Assembly: GCA_040954595.2 (NCBI GenBank)
Contig: CM082598.2
Coordinates: 2,294,001-2,358,000, forward strand
Direction: 5' to 3'
From: Balanoglossus misakiensis
Lineage: Eukaryota > Animalia > Hemichordata
DNA length: 64,000 nt
Shown piece after piece: positions 1-12,632 of this stretch; within the stretch, counting starts at the first letter, position 1, and every line of letters starts with the position of its first letter. The translations under genes and the position numbers were made by a program. The notes below the pieces were generated by a model. That model saw nothing but the letters and a program-made list of their open reading frames with translations, made no database searches and was not told the DNA's origin.

Positions 1-431
1 TCAAGTAATATTAGTTCCCCTGACATTAGCAAAAACATTGAGTCTATCAATAGATAATTAGGTATTTATTTTTATCAACTTGCTAGACTAAGTAAGGTTA
101 TTCTATTGTGTCCAATTAATTAGTGACTGACGATTATGACACTCTATTGTTACCAGATTGTCACCTAGTATAAGTAAACATAGCAGTCTAGTGATTTATA
201 AAACAATACAGTGGTAAATGGAGTCTAATTTACTGTCAACTGTTACTTCAAATAAATAGTGTATACACATTCCAGTCGGTTTATATCAAAACCACGAAGG
301 GGTGCTACCGTGATCCGTGATCAATGCAGCAACGGTGTTTACATTTAGGAATTGAAACGGACAAGGTGTTTCCGTTTCAGGGGCCGGTTGGGACTACTTG
401 TACTAGAGGAAGATCTCGCATGTAAACTCAC

Positions 432-765
432 CTGGTGGCCATGTCAGCAGTCTTGAGTGTCTAAATCTTGTGTCTTCGTTACTGTTGTCGCCGGTCGGGC
501 TTCCCCTTCGAAGCGGAGGTAAGTTGGATCTATCGAGTCCCAGTTCCACGTTACCGTCCTGGTCGGCATCGACCGACACAAACGTATGCATTCGCGGTCC
601 GAGCCCGAGCGAAGAAGTAGCCGATCCGCGGGACGTCCCTCGGATTTTAAGCGCATTCTTGTCGCCCATACGCGACATTGGGTGCTCGATCACCGGCAAA
701 TTGTTCCGCCGGTTCGTCACAGACATCGCAGATGTGGCCCTTGGAGTCACCAGTCCTGTCGCCAT
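432..765 (-). CDS. Probable first coding exon of an unidentified gene continuing beyond the left edge (MATGLVTPRATSAMS...RLLTWPP)
   Basis: GC-rich open frame starting at ATG 765 (aacATGG context) and ending at a strong donor CAG|GTGAGT (432/431). Low-complexity N-terminus with no recognisable domain. Confidence 0.5.
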
Positions 766-1698
766 GTTGCCAAACTCGGTTGACACAAACCTTGTTTTTG
801 CGACAGGTGCACGGAAGATCGGGGCTTTGCGCCTTCAAGAAAACCACTCTATGACTAACCGGAGATCGCCTTGCGAAGCAGCCACCAAGATCGCTGTTTA
901 CGTTTGTCTAAATTTTGCAATAAACTGGTGTAAACATTATTATAAACTCCCGGGATTGTCTCACTTTGATGCGAGTTGAAGTTGAGGTAAGTGCCCTTTG
1001 ACAGGACTATTCCATTCATGATGGGACCGGTGGCGCCGAAGGGCGGGGACGTTGCGAACAATTTCTACATGATTTTGTCGATTTCAAATGGGAAAAATAT
1101 CCGAAAAGATCTTTAAAATGTTTTGCTTTGATACTTCAAAAGCTCATGTCACTCTGATGTTAATATTTTGTTCAAAATTAAATCGATAGAGTACCCCCTC
1201 GACAAACGACCTACCCACAGTCTGCGTTAATAATGGTCTCTTTGCCTAGATACAAGTAGCGCGTGTACCTGTAACAGTCTAGCAACCAAAAGGACACGGT
1301 CAGGTAACCCTATTTGCATATCCTTTTATGGGCAATTTATTGCCTTTTATGGACGGATTCGTGAGCGTGGCAGGTCGTTCACACGTGGTTCAGGTTGTGG
1401 CAAAATGATGGGCACCACTGCCTCACAAATTGACAATATTAAAGCTAAGACATGTTTCAGTTTTACAATAAACACGACGGGGCGGGCGTACAAAGTTTGT
1501 GGTCAGAAAAAAACTACGTGAAAGTAATATGCTTACCTGACGCACACATCCAACATGTCTGTTTCTTGAGTACATACTGTCGTTGTCACTACTGTTCCAA
1601 ATCCAAGGCAAGAACTTGCAATAGCTGAGCGACGTCCAACAGCTGTATTTCCTTATAGGCAGATGACGTTGGGAACAAAAGTCTTTCGCGTATCAGCA

Positions 1699-1763
1699 TA
1701 TTCTCGGTTACCCAGACTCCTTTGGCGATAGCCCGCACGAAGGAGTCTGGGTTACCGAGACTA
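1699..1763. mobile_element. Short palindromic MITE-like element
   Basis: 24-bp arms tattctcggttacccagactcctt / aaggagtctgggttaccgagacta (2 mismatches), 17-bp spacer, TA at both ends. Confidence 0.55.
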
Positions 1764-2039
1764 GTATGAGCATAGCATCCATTAATATTGGGATTTTTTC
1801 CGGGACGGTGATGAAGATGGGTCCGCATCCACAACCAGCCTACATTTATCCACATTCCTCTGTTCCTCCTTGGCAACTGTGCATCTAGTAGGAAAGCGAC
1901 ATACAAAACGGGCCATTATGCATTTTCTCTCGGCGTCTAACTGGAGATAAATAACAAAAACTGCCACTTTTGACACGCGTACAGCAGACGACACTATTCG
2001 AACAAACCGCCATGTTTGAAATTTTGTCCCAAAAGTTCA

Positions 2040-2146
2040 ATGACGTCATTTGGCTGCGCCCTCTATCTACGTAAAACTGCACAATTTGAGGGCACAGTAT
2101 TTCGTTCACTTTCCCCATTAAACGGTGTTCTGTATACCATGGAAAC
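2040..2146. promoter_or_regulatory. Promoter-like motif cluster (CRE palindrome, CTCF-like site, RFX X-box-like site)
   Basis: atgacgtcat 2040-2049; ctgcgccctctatcta 2054-2069; gtataccatggaaac 2132-2146. Lies upstream of the minus-strand left-edge gene. Motif matches only. Confidence 0.35.
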
Positions 2147-4440
2147 CGTTTCAGTTTTGACTACCGATACGAAAAATACAATTTCGTTCTTGGCAGTTTA
2201 ATACCAAGACGTGTTTAAGACTGAAATTATCAAGAGCATATTACGTTTTGAATGAATGCATGGATGTATATGTTTTACCGGTATTTCTCTTTTTGGAAGA
2301 TTTGGTGGCCCTAAGAAGGGCCGTTTGGTTTGGGTTTTTGTGTCGCAAGAACGACACCTAAGACTGGCGATGTTCTTCAAGTTGTCTGCGCTGAAGTATT
2401 TTCGTGATCAGCCAGGGAGCGTAGTGCGGCGAAAACAAGGGCGGTGCTAATGATGGGTCATCCAGCGCTGACAGAACTTCGTCTGCGGGTAGAGTCTGCA
2501 GCACCTGCCGGGCCCAAGTGATGAAACCACCGGTCCAAGGCTGCGGAGGCTTCAAGCCGGGGATAGGATGTGCGAGAAACGCATAGTAACATTCAATGCT
2601 AGAATCGAGAGGAGAGTTGCCGTTGAGATCCATTCTGCAGCAAATTCAGCACAAGAATGTGAATTTTGTGGTGTCTACCTTCTATATAGAGTCGTCAACA
2701 GCCAATCAGAAGATAAGAAATCGTCAGTCTTTCCATATATGGTCAGGGGATTAACAACTTAATGAATGGGTTTTGCCTGCGAACGACTAATTACCATACC
2801 AATTATGAAAATTGTTTTCCACGGCCGACAAAGACGCCGATGTATTCGGGTCTTTTTTTTGTTCGGAACTGGTGCATTTTCAAAGACAGTGGCATCAGTG
2901 CAGATTTACTGGCATCTATACTTTTAAAACTTATCGGTTTCCCTTCCGCAGGAGGAAGGAGAAAGTCGTTCTGCGGAATACTTCTTTCAATAAAAACAAA
3001 AAGCCACACTCAGATCTGTCAGTGGCGGCGCTCTTTCGCCTCAGAGATCCACGCGTAAAGTATAGACCCACCCCCACCCCACCCCGACGGAAGGAGGGTT
3101 GACGTATACTGAAACCGTACTATCCGACAAATGCTATATGTTATCGTAGATTCGGTCCACTTTCCATTCACTAAATTCACTTGGGCAATGGGGGAATCCC
3201 TACACATGTACACATTCACGACCAAGAGAAAACTATCGGTCGGCAAAGCACTGACTTTCCGTTTGATCATTGTCGGCATGGTCGTTGCTAGGGACACGCC
3301 CCTTCGCGGCCAGTATGAAAGTAACGCGGTCCCTTTTTACACGAGGTGTCACCGCCACTCCTGTGTGCAGTGAGCGCGTGCAAGTGCGTACTTACCAACA
3401 CCAAGAACCCAACACACGTGAGTGTTAGCTGTGAAATCATAAACCTTGACAGACAAGATCGACAGCACTGTACACGCACATCCATGGCGGGTTATATCCG
3501 TGATGCGAATTCAAAGCAATAAGACATGAGTAGGTGATAGTTCTTCATTCTGCGACGTTTGGACGGTTTTTCCTTTAGGATAAATTCACACTATCAAAGG
3601 CAAATAGACTTCAAGTGCATTTTCACAATTACGGATTTCCTGTCGGTATTCGCATTAACACAAATCTTTCGTACGCATGACTTCGAAGTTCATACAATGA
3701 CAAGTATTCGCAATGTCTTCAACTTAAGATTTGTCGCATGATTCGGCAGCTAGAGCACAGACACCGCTGTGAAGAGTCATTGTCGATCTTTGATAGTCTT
3801 TGGGTATTTTTAGCTGCTATAGTGGACAGAAAATCTCTTTAACACGAGCCTCTGTCGACAATTTAGCTTATTCGCCGGCAGGATGCAGCTCCAGTCGGAC
3901 CTCAGCCGCCGCGCTCAGTAGGTGAGTACACTGGGTTGCCTATTCCCGCATTTTCGCTCTTTGCAAAGTTTTGTGTACAGCGCACTAAATTAAAAAGAAC
4001 GCGAAAACGAACCACTTTTAAGTGTAGGACTATCAAACACGTCATTTTTACAGGAGTTCACAATTTAAGCGAATATGAACCACACTGTGTCAATCACTGG
4101 TGTTTCGTTAAAAGCTGACGGATGTCGCCAGTTTCAAGTCAAGCTGTGGACGACATACAAGATGGTTTTTCGTCATCCAGTGAAAAGCTAAACTTTCCAC
4201 CAACTTAATTTTTTTCCATGTACAGATATCTATGGTAAAGGAAAGGGAGGTTTTGGGCCGGTTAAAATAATTCAGACAGAGGCATTAATACATGTAGGCC
4301 TACATGTACTGCTAACCACTGTAGCTACAACCAAACTGTTTGCTTATTTTTTTTACCAACGTTCGTATACTAAAAGTTAACGAACTTACGATCATTTTAA
4401 CGATTACGTTTGTTTTTCTTTTCAGACGACGAAATCGAAC

Positions 4441-6930
4441 ATGTTTGTCGCTATAGTCTTGTTGGTGTTTTTGGTTGGGCGTGGCATTGGGGAAGGGAGT
4501 GATGAATTATGCTTTGACGATGCAACTGCCCGGCGACTCGATTCTTGCTTCGGCACAGACGAGCAAGGTGAACCCGACTGCAACCGAAGGCTCGACTTCA
4601 ACGAAGGCCTCGTGAATAAGCAAGCCTGGATATGCAACTGTGACTCCGTGTGTGAACACTTCCAAGACTGTTGCTATGACTACGCAGAGGCCTGCCACAA
4701 CAAGACGAGCGACGACCCACGAGGCGGCGATGGTTCAACTGACGCACGCGACTTTGCAAATGGACGTGAGTGCACCAAGATAAGCGACAGTCACGGCGCA
4801 GGGATATTGATGATACGGAACTGTCCACCGTCATGGCATGATGACGCAATCCGTGAAAACTGCGAAGAGAAAATCCCATTCGGTAATTAAAGAGACACTA
4901 ACTGTATCTTTTAGACTTATTTTCTTGCCTTTGTTTGATGATATTGCAAAAAACTGTAAAAGAACATAATAATTGTGACAAAAAAACCTAGGTCGCCCAA
5001 CATCACCCCGTCTTATAATAAGATTCCTCACTTTCCTTTGGTTGTCAATGCATAATCCACTAGGCAATGGTCTAGCGGTTTACCTAGTCTTAGTGTCGAC
5101 GCCTCATTTCTTCAATATGTTTTTTCTTCTTCTTCTATTGCAGATTTATCTTTACGAAATATTCCCGTCAGTTGGCCAGAAGGAAATGATGTCTTTGCTA
5201 ATATCTTCTGCGCGCTGTGCCATGGTGTTAACCAATCACAGGTGGTCATGTGGAAGGGGAACGTGATAATGGACATCAATGTCCCCTGGCCGTCTGACAT
5301 TATGCAAAGTAGCAACCCTGTGGGGGCGGTCCTCAATATGACAAATGAAATAAGGGAAGGCTTGGGGGCGTGGGCTGCCAGTGTTACCATGGTAGCCCCG
5401 AGTGAAGGATACCTGGCAGTTTGTGCTCATGAAATGATTGACACGTGTGACCCATCCCTGTACAACGACACTTCACATTTTGAAAACATGCAACGCATGT
5501 GCACATCAACTCTCGCTATCGTTGGACAATTCGAAAAAACGGCCCCCATTATGTACAAAAACACACACTGTGTTACATGCAATGGTTTCAACCCCAGATT
5601 CGGATTTGCATGTGGTGTCGACATAGACGCATTAAAGGTAACAAAGTTTCTTCATGATGTGAGCTTGCTGTTCGATCTAAACACAGACGGCTATGTTCAC
5701 CTGTCAGTAGATGCATTCTGGATAGAGGAAACTTTCGAACACAACTTCGTATGCACCGAGAGCGAAGCATTTGACCCCAAAACACAATCCTGTATCCTAA
5801 CCAATGTGAGCCCCCGGGTACAAAATAACATGACCATTCATAACTTGTCCATCAACCACAGCGCTGATATCAGTAACTCGTCAGCCAACGTTAACCCTAA
5901 TTCGTCTGTACATTCTATATGGACAGGGCTACGTCAAAGGTGTCCGATATTGGCTGATATATTGTTACTCAACCATACCATGTTTAACATCGATGATCAA
6001 ATTTTGGAGTTCGAAGTCGGGGGTGTCACTCTCAAATCCCAGTTGTTTGAAACGTTTGGTAACGGGTCGTTTGTTTTTGTCTGTGTGTTATTGCGATCAC
6101 CACCCGAGGATTATATTGTATGGCTGACTATTTCGTGTTCATCGCTGTCAATAGTTTGCCTCATTTCGTATCTCATTGTTTCCTACAGACGTGAATCTGC
6201 GCGGAAATTTGCCGGCAAATTGATGTTGAATGTCGCGTTGGCGATGCTTATTGCTCAGGGCACGTTTCTATCAAGCATGGCCCTGAATGAGGTCACCGGG
6301 TTCTGTGTCCCCGTAGCTGTTTTGTTACACTACACGTGGTTGGCCAATTTCTCTTGGATGGCTGTCATCAGCTTTGATATCTGTCGCACTTTCTGCTCAG
6401 TTACCAAGTCTTTGTTCGTGAGCAAGAGTGCAAAACGTCTGGTGGTCTACTGCCTTGTCGGCTGGCTACTGCCTGCAATCATTGTGGCCATTTGCCTTTT
6501 CCTTGACCTCGGCAAATTTGCAAATTTTCGGGTCGGGTACGGTGAGGATGGAATATGCTGGATTCGCAGGCGGGCTGCTTTATTGATATTCTTTGCTGGT
6601 CCCGTCATTGCTATCGTGTTGTTTAACATGGTTTGTTTTTTCCTGACTTTGCATAATCTTAGACGCGGCGCGGCCAATTCGGCGGCGAAAGACGCCTGGA
6701 AGCGCCACCTTGTGGTCTGCTCGAAAATTGTCATAGTGTCAGGTTTCACGTGGATTCTTGCTGTAGCGGAAATGTTCGTGGAAAACAACGTTTTGAGCGT
6801 TGCTTTCAACATGTTGAATTCTCTGCAAGGGACGCTTGTGTTCTTGGCTTTCGTCGTGGAAAATTCGGTCAGAAAGTGGCTAACGCTGAAAGAGCAGCAA
6901 TCAACTTCCACTAAGAAAGAGAACGAGTGA
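4441..6930 (+). CDS. Somatomedin-B-domain family-B (adhesion/Methuselah-like) GPCR, ~742 aa, copy 1
   Basis: Coding exons 4441-4882 and 5144-6930 (phase-1 intron; frame joins as ...IPFDLSLRNIPVSW...FANIFCALCHG). Probable 5'UTR exon donor at 3921/3922 with acceptor at 4425/4426. Signal peptide; SMB motif CNCDSVCEHFQDCCYDYAEAC; 7TM with family-B motifs LLHYTWLANFSWM, YCLVGWLLP, GYGEDGICWI, NSLQG. Confidence 0.9.
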
Positions 6931-6950
6931 GACTATGATTACGGTTCACT

Positions 6951-7460
6951 TTGTCATTTCAGGCCACCGTACATTATGATCATTAACAGAGGATGTCATA
7001 CAACTATGAATAGACGGTGGCCTAGACTATCCATGATCACATCACTTATCTGAAGTGTATTTTATTGTATTTGTTATATGTACCTTTTATCTCGAAATTA
7101 TTTAAAGTAGTAGATGTATATTTAGATTATTGTTGGTTTTTGTCGTTTCAGGCCACCGTACATTATGATCATTAACAGAGGATGTCATACAACTATGGAT
7201 AGATGGTGGCCTAGACTATCCATGATCACATCACTTATCTGAAGTGTATTTTATTGTATTTGTTATATGTACCTTTTATCTCGAAATTATTTAAAGTAGT
7301 AGATGTATATTTAGATTATTGTTGGTACATGTAGTAGTATCTCGACATTATTTAAAGTGGTACATATATATTTAGATTTTGGTAGTACATGTAGTAGTAT
7401 CTCGAAATTATTTAAAGTAGTACATGTATATTTAGATTTTTGTTGGTGGTACATGTAGTA
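6951..7460. repeat. Tandem duplication (~189 bp x2) followed by degenerate ~57-bp AT-rich units
   Basis: The unit ttgtca/gtttcaggccaccgtacattatgatc...tttagattattgttggt occurs at 6951 and 7140. Units tatctcgaaattatttaaagtagta...tttagatt recur to ~7460. Confidence 0.85.
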
Positions 7461-7840
7461 CACACCATACCACTTAGAATCCGGATGACAAGATGAACAC
7501 ATTTGTTATAAATGTAAATTTATTTAAGTTCATCTCACATTTTCAAGGTTTGTAACAGTTAAAAATATCCGAAAACCCAGAATTACAAATCACCTAAAAA
7601 TATCCAAGAGCTATGGCGCTCTTCTCTGAAAAATCGGTTTGTGCCTAATTTATACCCGTTCTCAACTGTTTTCCTTCGCTTTCGATTAACCACAATATTT
7701 TAATAATGACAATATTGCTTCTGAATAATATGTGTATATGTGAATTAAAAAAAAAATGTCAATCTTTACCTAGTAAATAAATGTCCTGTTAAGTAAACCT
7801 GATGATTGAGTGGAGACTTTGATTTCAGATGTACCACGTT

Positions 7841-10800
7841 TTATGCGACAACCAACAACACCAGAATACCCATAATTAGATGAATACACACTGATGGCAC
7901 TGTCCAAGTCGTCACAGCACCTGGAAAATGAATCGAATTTTATCGCAAGCCGCACAGTTTTCGAATGTTTTTCTAGCTGTGCAAATTCACCTACCTCTGT
8001 CTATATATACGGAGTGTCTCTGAGTATGGGTTGGTGCAATTTAATGCAATTGGCAAGATCTCCCTTATTCATACATGAGACCCTATTGGCAGCCGTTTCT
8101 AATGCTCTCTCTTATTCGAAATGTTGCTTGGTGAATCCTTACTTTTATTCTCAATTTCAACATCTAGAATAATCTCGAGTTGCATTGGTATGAGAACATA
8201 ATTGAGACTTTGATTTTCAATCGAAGCCCAGGGGCTGTTTTTCACTCTGAATAAAAGGAATTTCTTGTCAATCAAATAAACGAGGAAAGCAAAATACCTG
8301 AGACTGGCGGAGTTGGTGATGGGACGGGGGTCCATTCTTCGTTTGGCGGAGTCCAAGTGACGTCCCATCCTATCTGATTTCCCGCCTCTTGGTTCTTTGC
8401 CTTCAGCCAATTCATCAATGGTTCGAAGTAGGCCACTATGGCCGACGCGTCCATATCTCGGGTACCAGTCACAGCTTCCAGCGCGTCTGGCCATGTCTTG
8501 CTGGAGCCAAGCTTCAACATATCCCTGCAATGTGTACATCAATAGATGATTTTCCGCTCGTTGCGAGTCTCGCGAGTCATTACCGTAGCAACTGGTCGCT
8601 ACCCAAAAAGTCACATATGAAACTACAGCAGGTGCAGGGTTTAAAATTGTAAATTTTGTGTTGGTTAACACGATTGGCCATGTGTTGTTTCTCCTGTTTC
8701 ACATGAGAATGGTCTCCCATACAAACTGCCTAGCCTCGCGAGATCTCAAGGGATACAAAATGGCAGACCCGGATGTATAAAACAACAGGAAATTGGTTTT
8801 CTTACCCGAGTTTAGTACCTGCCGCTGTTGAGCGATAAATGTCGCATCGATGCAACGGTCGGGTGTTGCCAGCTTCCTGGCAAAGAGAACGGTGCATTTG
8901 AAACTGTAGAACATGACTTATGAAGTATCTGCAACAAAGAGCAAAAATGAATATGATAATAATACATTGCAGATCAAAAACTAGTATTACTAAAGTTCCT
9001 ACCGATGTAAAACATGTTTAAAACAATTGTGATCAGAAAATCTAGCGTTAAATGTCACCAGCAATGCTCGTCATGACCGAGGTGTTGAGGTACTGTGATT
9101 TACAAAAGATATTACTATACCGAATATAGGGTGTGTTCCCCGGAATGTGATATTTAGCACCGGGATCAAAATGGCCCTCAGCATCACTTCGTGGCACAGG
9201 GGGAACCACTCCTTGGATTTCGGTTCTGACCTTCCACCAGGCTGCGGTGTAGTTAGCCTTGGCCGTGTTGCCGTTGAAGACATTCCATCTCCATGTGTCC
9301 ATCAGGAGACCGAACGGAAGGAAGGCGATTTTGTCCAGTGCCATGCTCATCAGGAAATTGATGTCAGTTTCTGAGGATGCAAGGGTTTGACATTTTGTTG
9401 GTATTCGGGAGATGACAAACAAGCAAAACAAGCAAGCAAATAAACAAACAAACAAACAAACAAACAAAGAACGAACGAACGAAACGAAACGAACAACCAA
9501 CCACCCAAACATATCTCAAAGCGATCAGCAAAATGGCCCTGATATGAAAACTCACTAAAATAATTTATCTTTAACCATTATCCAGATTTTGTTTACTGTC
9601 TATGCCAAAAGGCATGAGGGCATTATCCTGTGCCTTACTGGACTGTCCCTGACATACAGAAAACTTTTCAAAGTAAATGTGGCGATTTTACACTTCATTT
9701 CTTTGAACTAGTGAGGGAGGGTTAGGGTCTGGTGTAATTAGTTTCATGTGCCGTGCGCATGTCATGATAATTATCAATGGCCCCTGGATGCATCAATTAG
9801 CCCAAGTCGTTTGGTCGATCCAGGGACTCAAAAATAGTCTGTCAGTGTCAAGCTTGTGTTACGCGATCAATGCGGGGGTATCAATGGTGTGAACGCAGTA
9901 CTAATAATTAATCCACATGGACTCACTTCCTGTTAAAGATAAAAATGATCCATGTTGAAGTTTCATGAGACCTTCGCATTGTATGAAAGCCGTAGTGCTA
10001 TCAGAAGAATGGTAATTCAATTAGAGTTGGCAATTAAACTTAGTTTTTTTGTAATAATCGGAGTATCAATTTGGGTTTCACCGAAACATAGAAATGTTTA
10101 TACAGAAAGAAATAAGTAAAAAACCATGCATGCTTGTACTGGTATAAGAGGACGAGACAGATCAATACGGCAGCCGATTAAACCCGGCCTCTGATTGAAG
10201 AAGAAAATAGTTCGAACATTACCATCATCGTCAGTCAAATCATCGAGAAGTCCAATTTCATAGAGATGCTCAGGTGTGGACACTGACAGGGCCAACAGAT
10301 CGCCCACCGCTTCGTGAAATCCCGGGTTGGCGCCGGAACGGTAGACGACCGGTTGGTCTTTGTACTGCAGGTAATACTGGGTGTGTCCCATCTCGTGGTG
10401 AATGGTGATTAGGTCTTCCATGTTGATCTCTGTACACATCTTGATCCTGCAAAAAATTTGTGGATTCAGTTAATATTTTGCATATAGAGGTGGGAAAGCT
10501 GACAGGGGTGATTTTGAGATACTGTAGTGGTACACGTGTGTGTCCCTTTGCTAAAATTTGTAATGGTTTCGATCACATATTTGTACACCACATGCTAAAA
10601 TAACACATCTGTCTCTGTGTCCTGTCTCCCTCTCTCTCTGTCTCTCTCCCCCCTCTCTCTCCCTCCCACCCTCCTCTAGCTCTCTCTCTCTCCACTATAG
10701 TATATTACCTCACATCATCTGCATTGTAGAAATTCCAAGCCGACGCATGACAAACTACTTCTCGACCGTCGTCGGGTTTGACTATCATCGAATTGGTCCA

Positions 10801-12592
10801 GAACGGGGGTGGTGAAGCTGGCAATCCAAGTGAAGTAAAAAATTCCTCTGACAGGTTGAACATTCTCAGAGCGTCATATCCCTAAAATAATCCACATCAA
10901 AAATGCTCCATTAGACCCAGAAGAGCAGCAGTTAGTGAACAAAATCAGTCGGTGTGACACATATATAAATAAACCATTTTGATATCACCAACCATAATGA
11001 TGACAAACTGCACATACACACATGAACTAGTGACGAAGTGCACATACAAAAATACTGTAGTACATGACTATCATTTTCTGTATATTCCATTATTCAAAGG
11101 GTCTCTGCAGAAAACCAATCTATGATATATATTGCCTCATTTTATTTACCTGATTGACGAGAGCATCCGTGACGTCAATGGACGTCTTGTCAGGGTATGG
11201 CAGAACTAAATCTAAGACATTATTCCAGCTCTGTGCCCACATGTTACCTGTAAGGTGGAAAACAATCCAAAGTTTAAATCGCTATTTTCAGGAATCTATC
11301 ATTAATTGTCAGCGGATGTACGGAAAGATGGTGATCGAGGCTGATTCCGGGTACAGACATTGGCATACACGGTAACCATTTCTTTATTTTCTCCTGCTGT
11401 AAGTCCATTGGTAAAACGCAACACCGGGCACAAAAATATTTTAAAAAATACAAAAAACGACGACACAAAACAGACAAACAGCGTCAATTTGTAATAAAAC
11501 TAAGCAGCTCCGTGCATACAAGTTCATGTAAACACAAACTTTTTACCTAAAATATGCGCAGGTATGGGTCCGAACGGATCAACGAACTTGCTGCCGTAGA
11601 TTCCTATGAGTTTGCCGCGTACATAAGCGTGAAGTTGTTCATAGAATGGACGCAACTGTCCCCACAAACGGAGAGCTTCGTCTTCAAGATTGTCCATTTC
11701 GTACCACGATCTCCAATAGGCGCCCATGTCTGGCTGATCTGTAGTGGAAAGTCAAGGCAGAAGCATTTTGGTATGGGGTGGAGGGTTGGGAGATTTTCAG
11801 GGGTGGGTGGCCCCATTGGTGGCAGCATATGGAGAATATGTATGTCTGAAATACATTCACAAAAGCTCAAAAGCCGATGTCTTGAAAACATGTATTTTCT
11901 CAAAGTTTTTGCAAGGCATGATATGAAAGATTCCTGATTTTGATTTCCATAAATGTGCAACAAAATCTTCTGTTGTGGATAACCTTTCACACATCCATCG
12001 AAAGCAAAAGTCTACCTACAATGGGCGATAACTGTGATTGAACTTACCGTTCACATTGGCTGCTTTGTTGGCAAGTAGAACGAATTCTTCGTACATGTCC
12101 TTCATGTTTGGACCGGTTTCCATCCGCCAGTTCTCCCAGGCCCATTTCAATTCGTTGTAGTCGCGACTTGTTGCCATCAACCTCGTTAGATCTGATACCG
12201 AAATTAAAACAACGATACAAATAATAAACACTAAGGGTGATAACATAAAACAACTTGGTCCAATTAAAAAACAACAACTAAGTAGCCACAATTAAAAACA
12301 GTGCACTCATACCTGGGTCTAGTGGATGGCAGGTTTCGTCTTCACGACACACTTTTGCCGTCGAGTAGATCTGCTCCATATCTGCCAAGATCTTCTCGTA
12401 CTGAAAACCAGCGTAACAATAATAATTAGTTATATGAAATATCCGTGTTCATATTTATGACAATATATGGTCACTCTCTAAACAAAGACAACTCGGTCCA
12501 ATGATTGCTGAGGAAAGAAATTTACACGTATTAAAAATATACATTTAGGCAAATTATGACAGAGAGAGTGGAGAGAGAGACAGAGTCAGAGT

Positions 12593-12632
<40 letters not shown>

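Noticed and set aside
470-979. 169-aa plus-strand ORF
   Set aside because: No ATG start or domain; antisense to the minus-strand exon, which has a Kozak ATG and a canonical donor.
6961-7023. 3'UTR hairpin containing ATGA...TGA, possible SECIS element
   Set aside because: Helix II does not pair convincingly and neither adjacent CDS needs an in-frame UGA; better explained as a MITE-like remnant.
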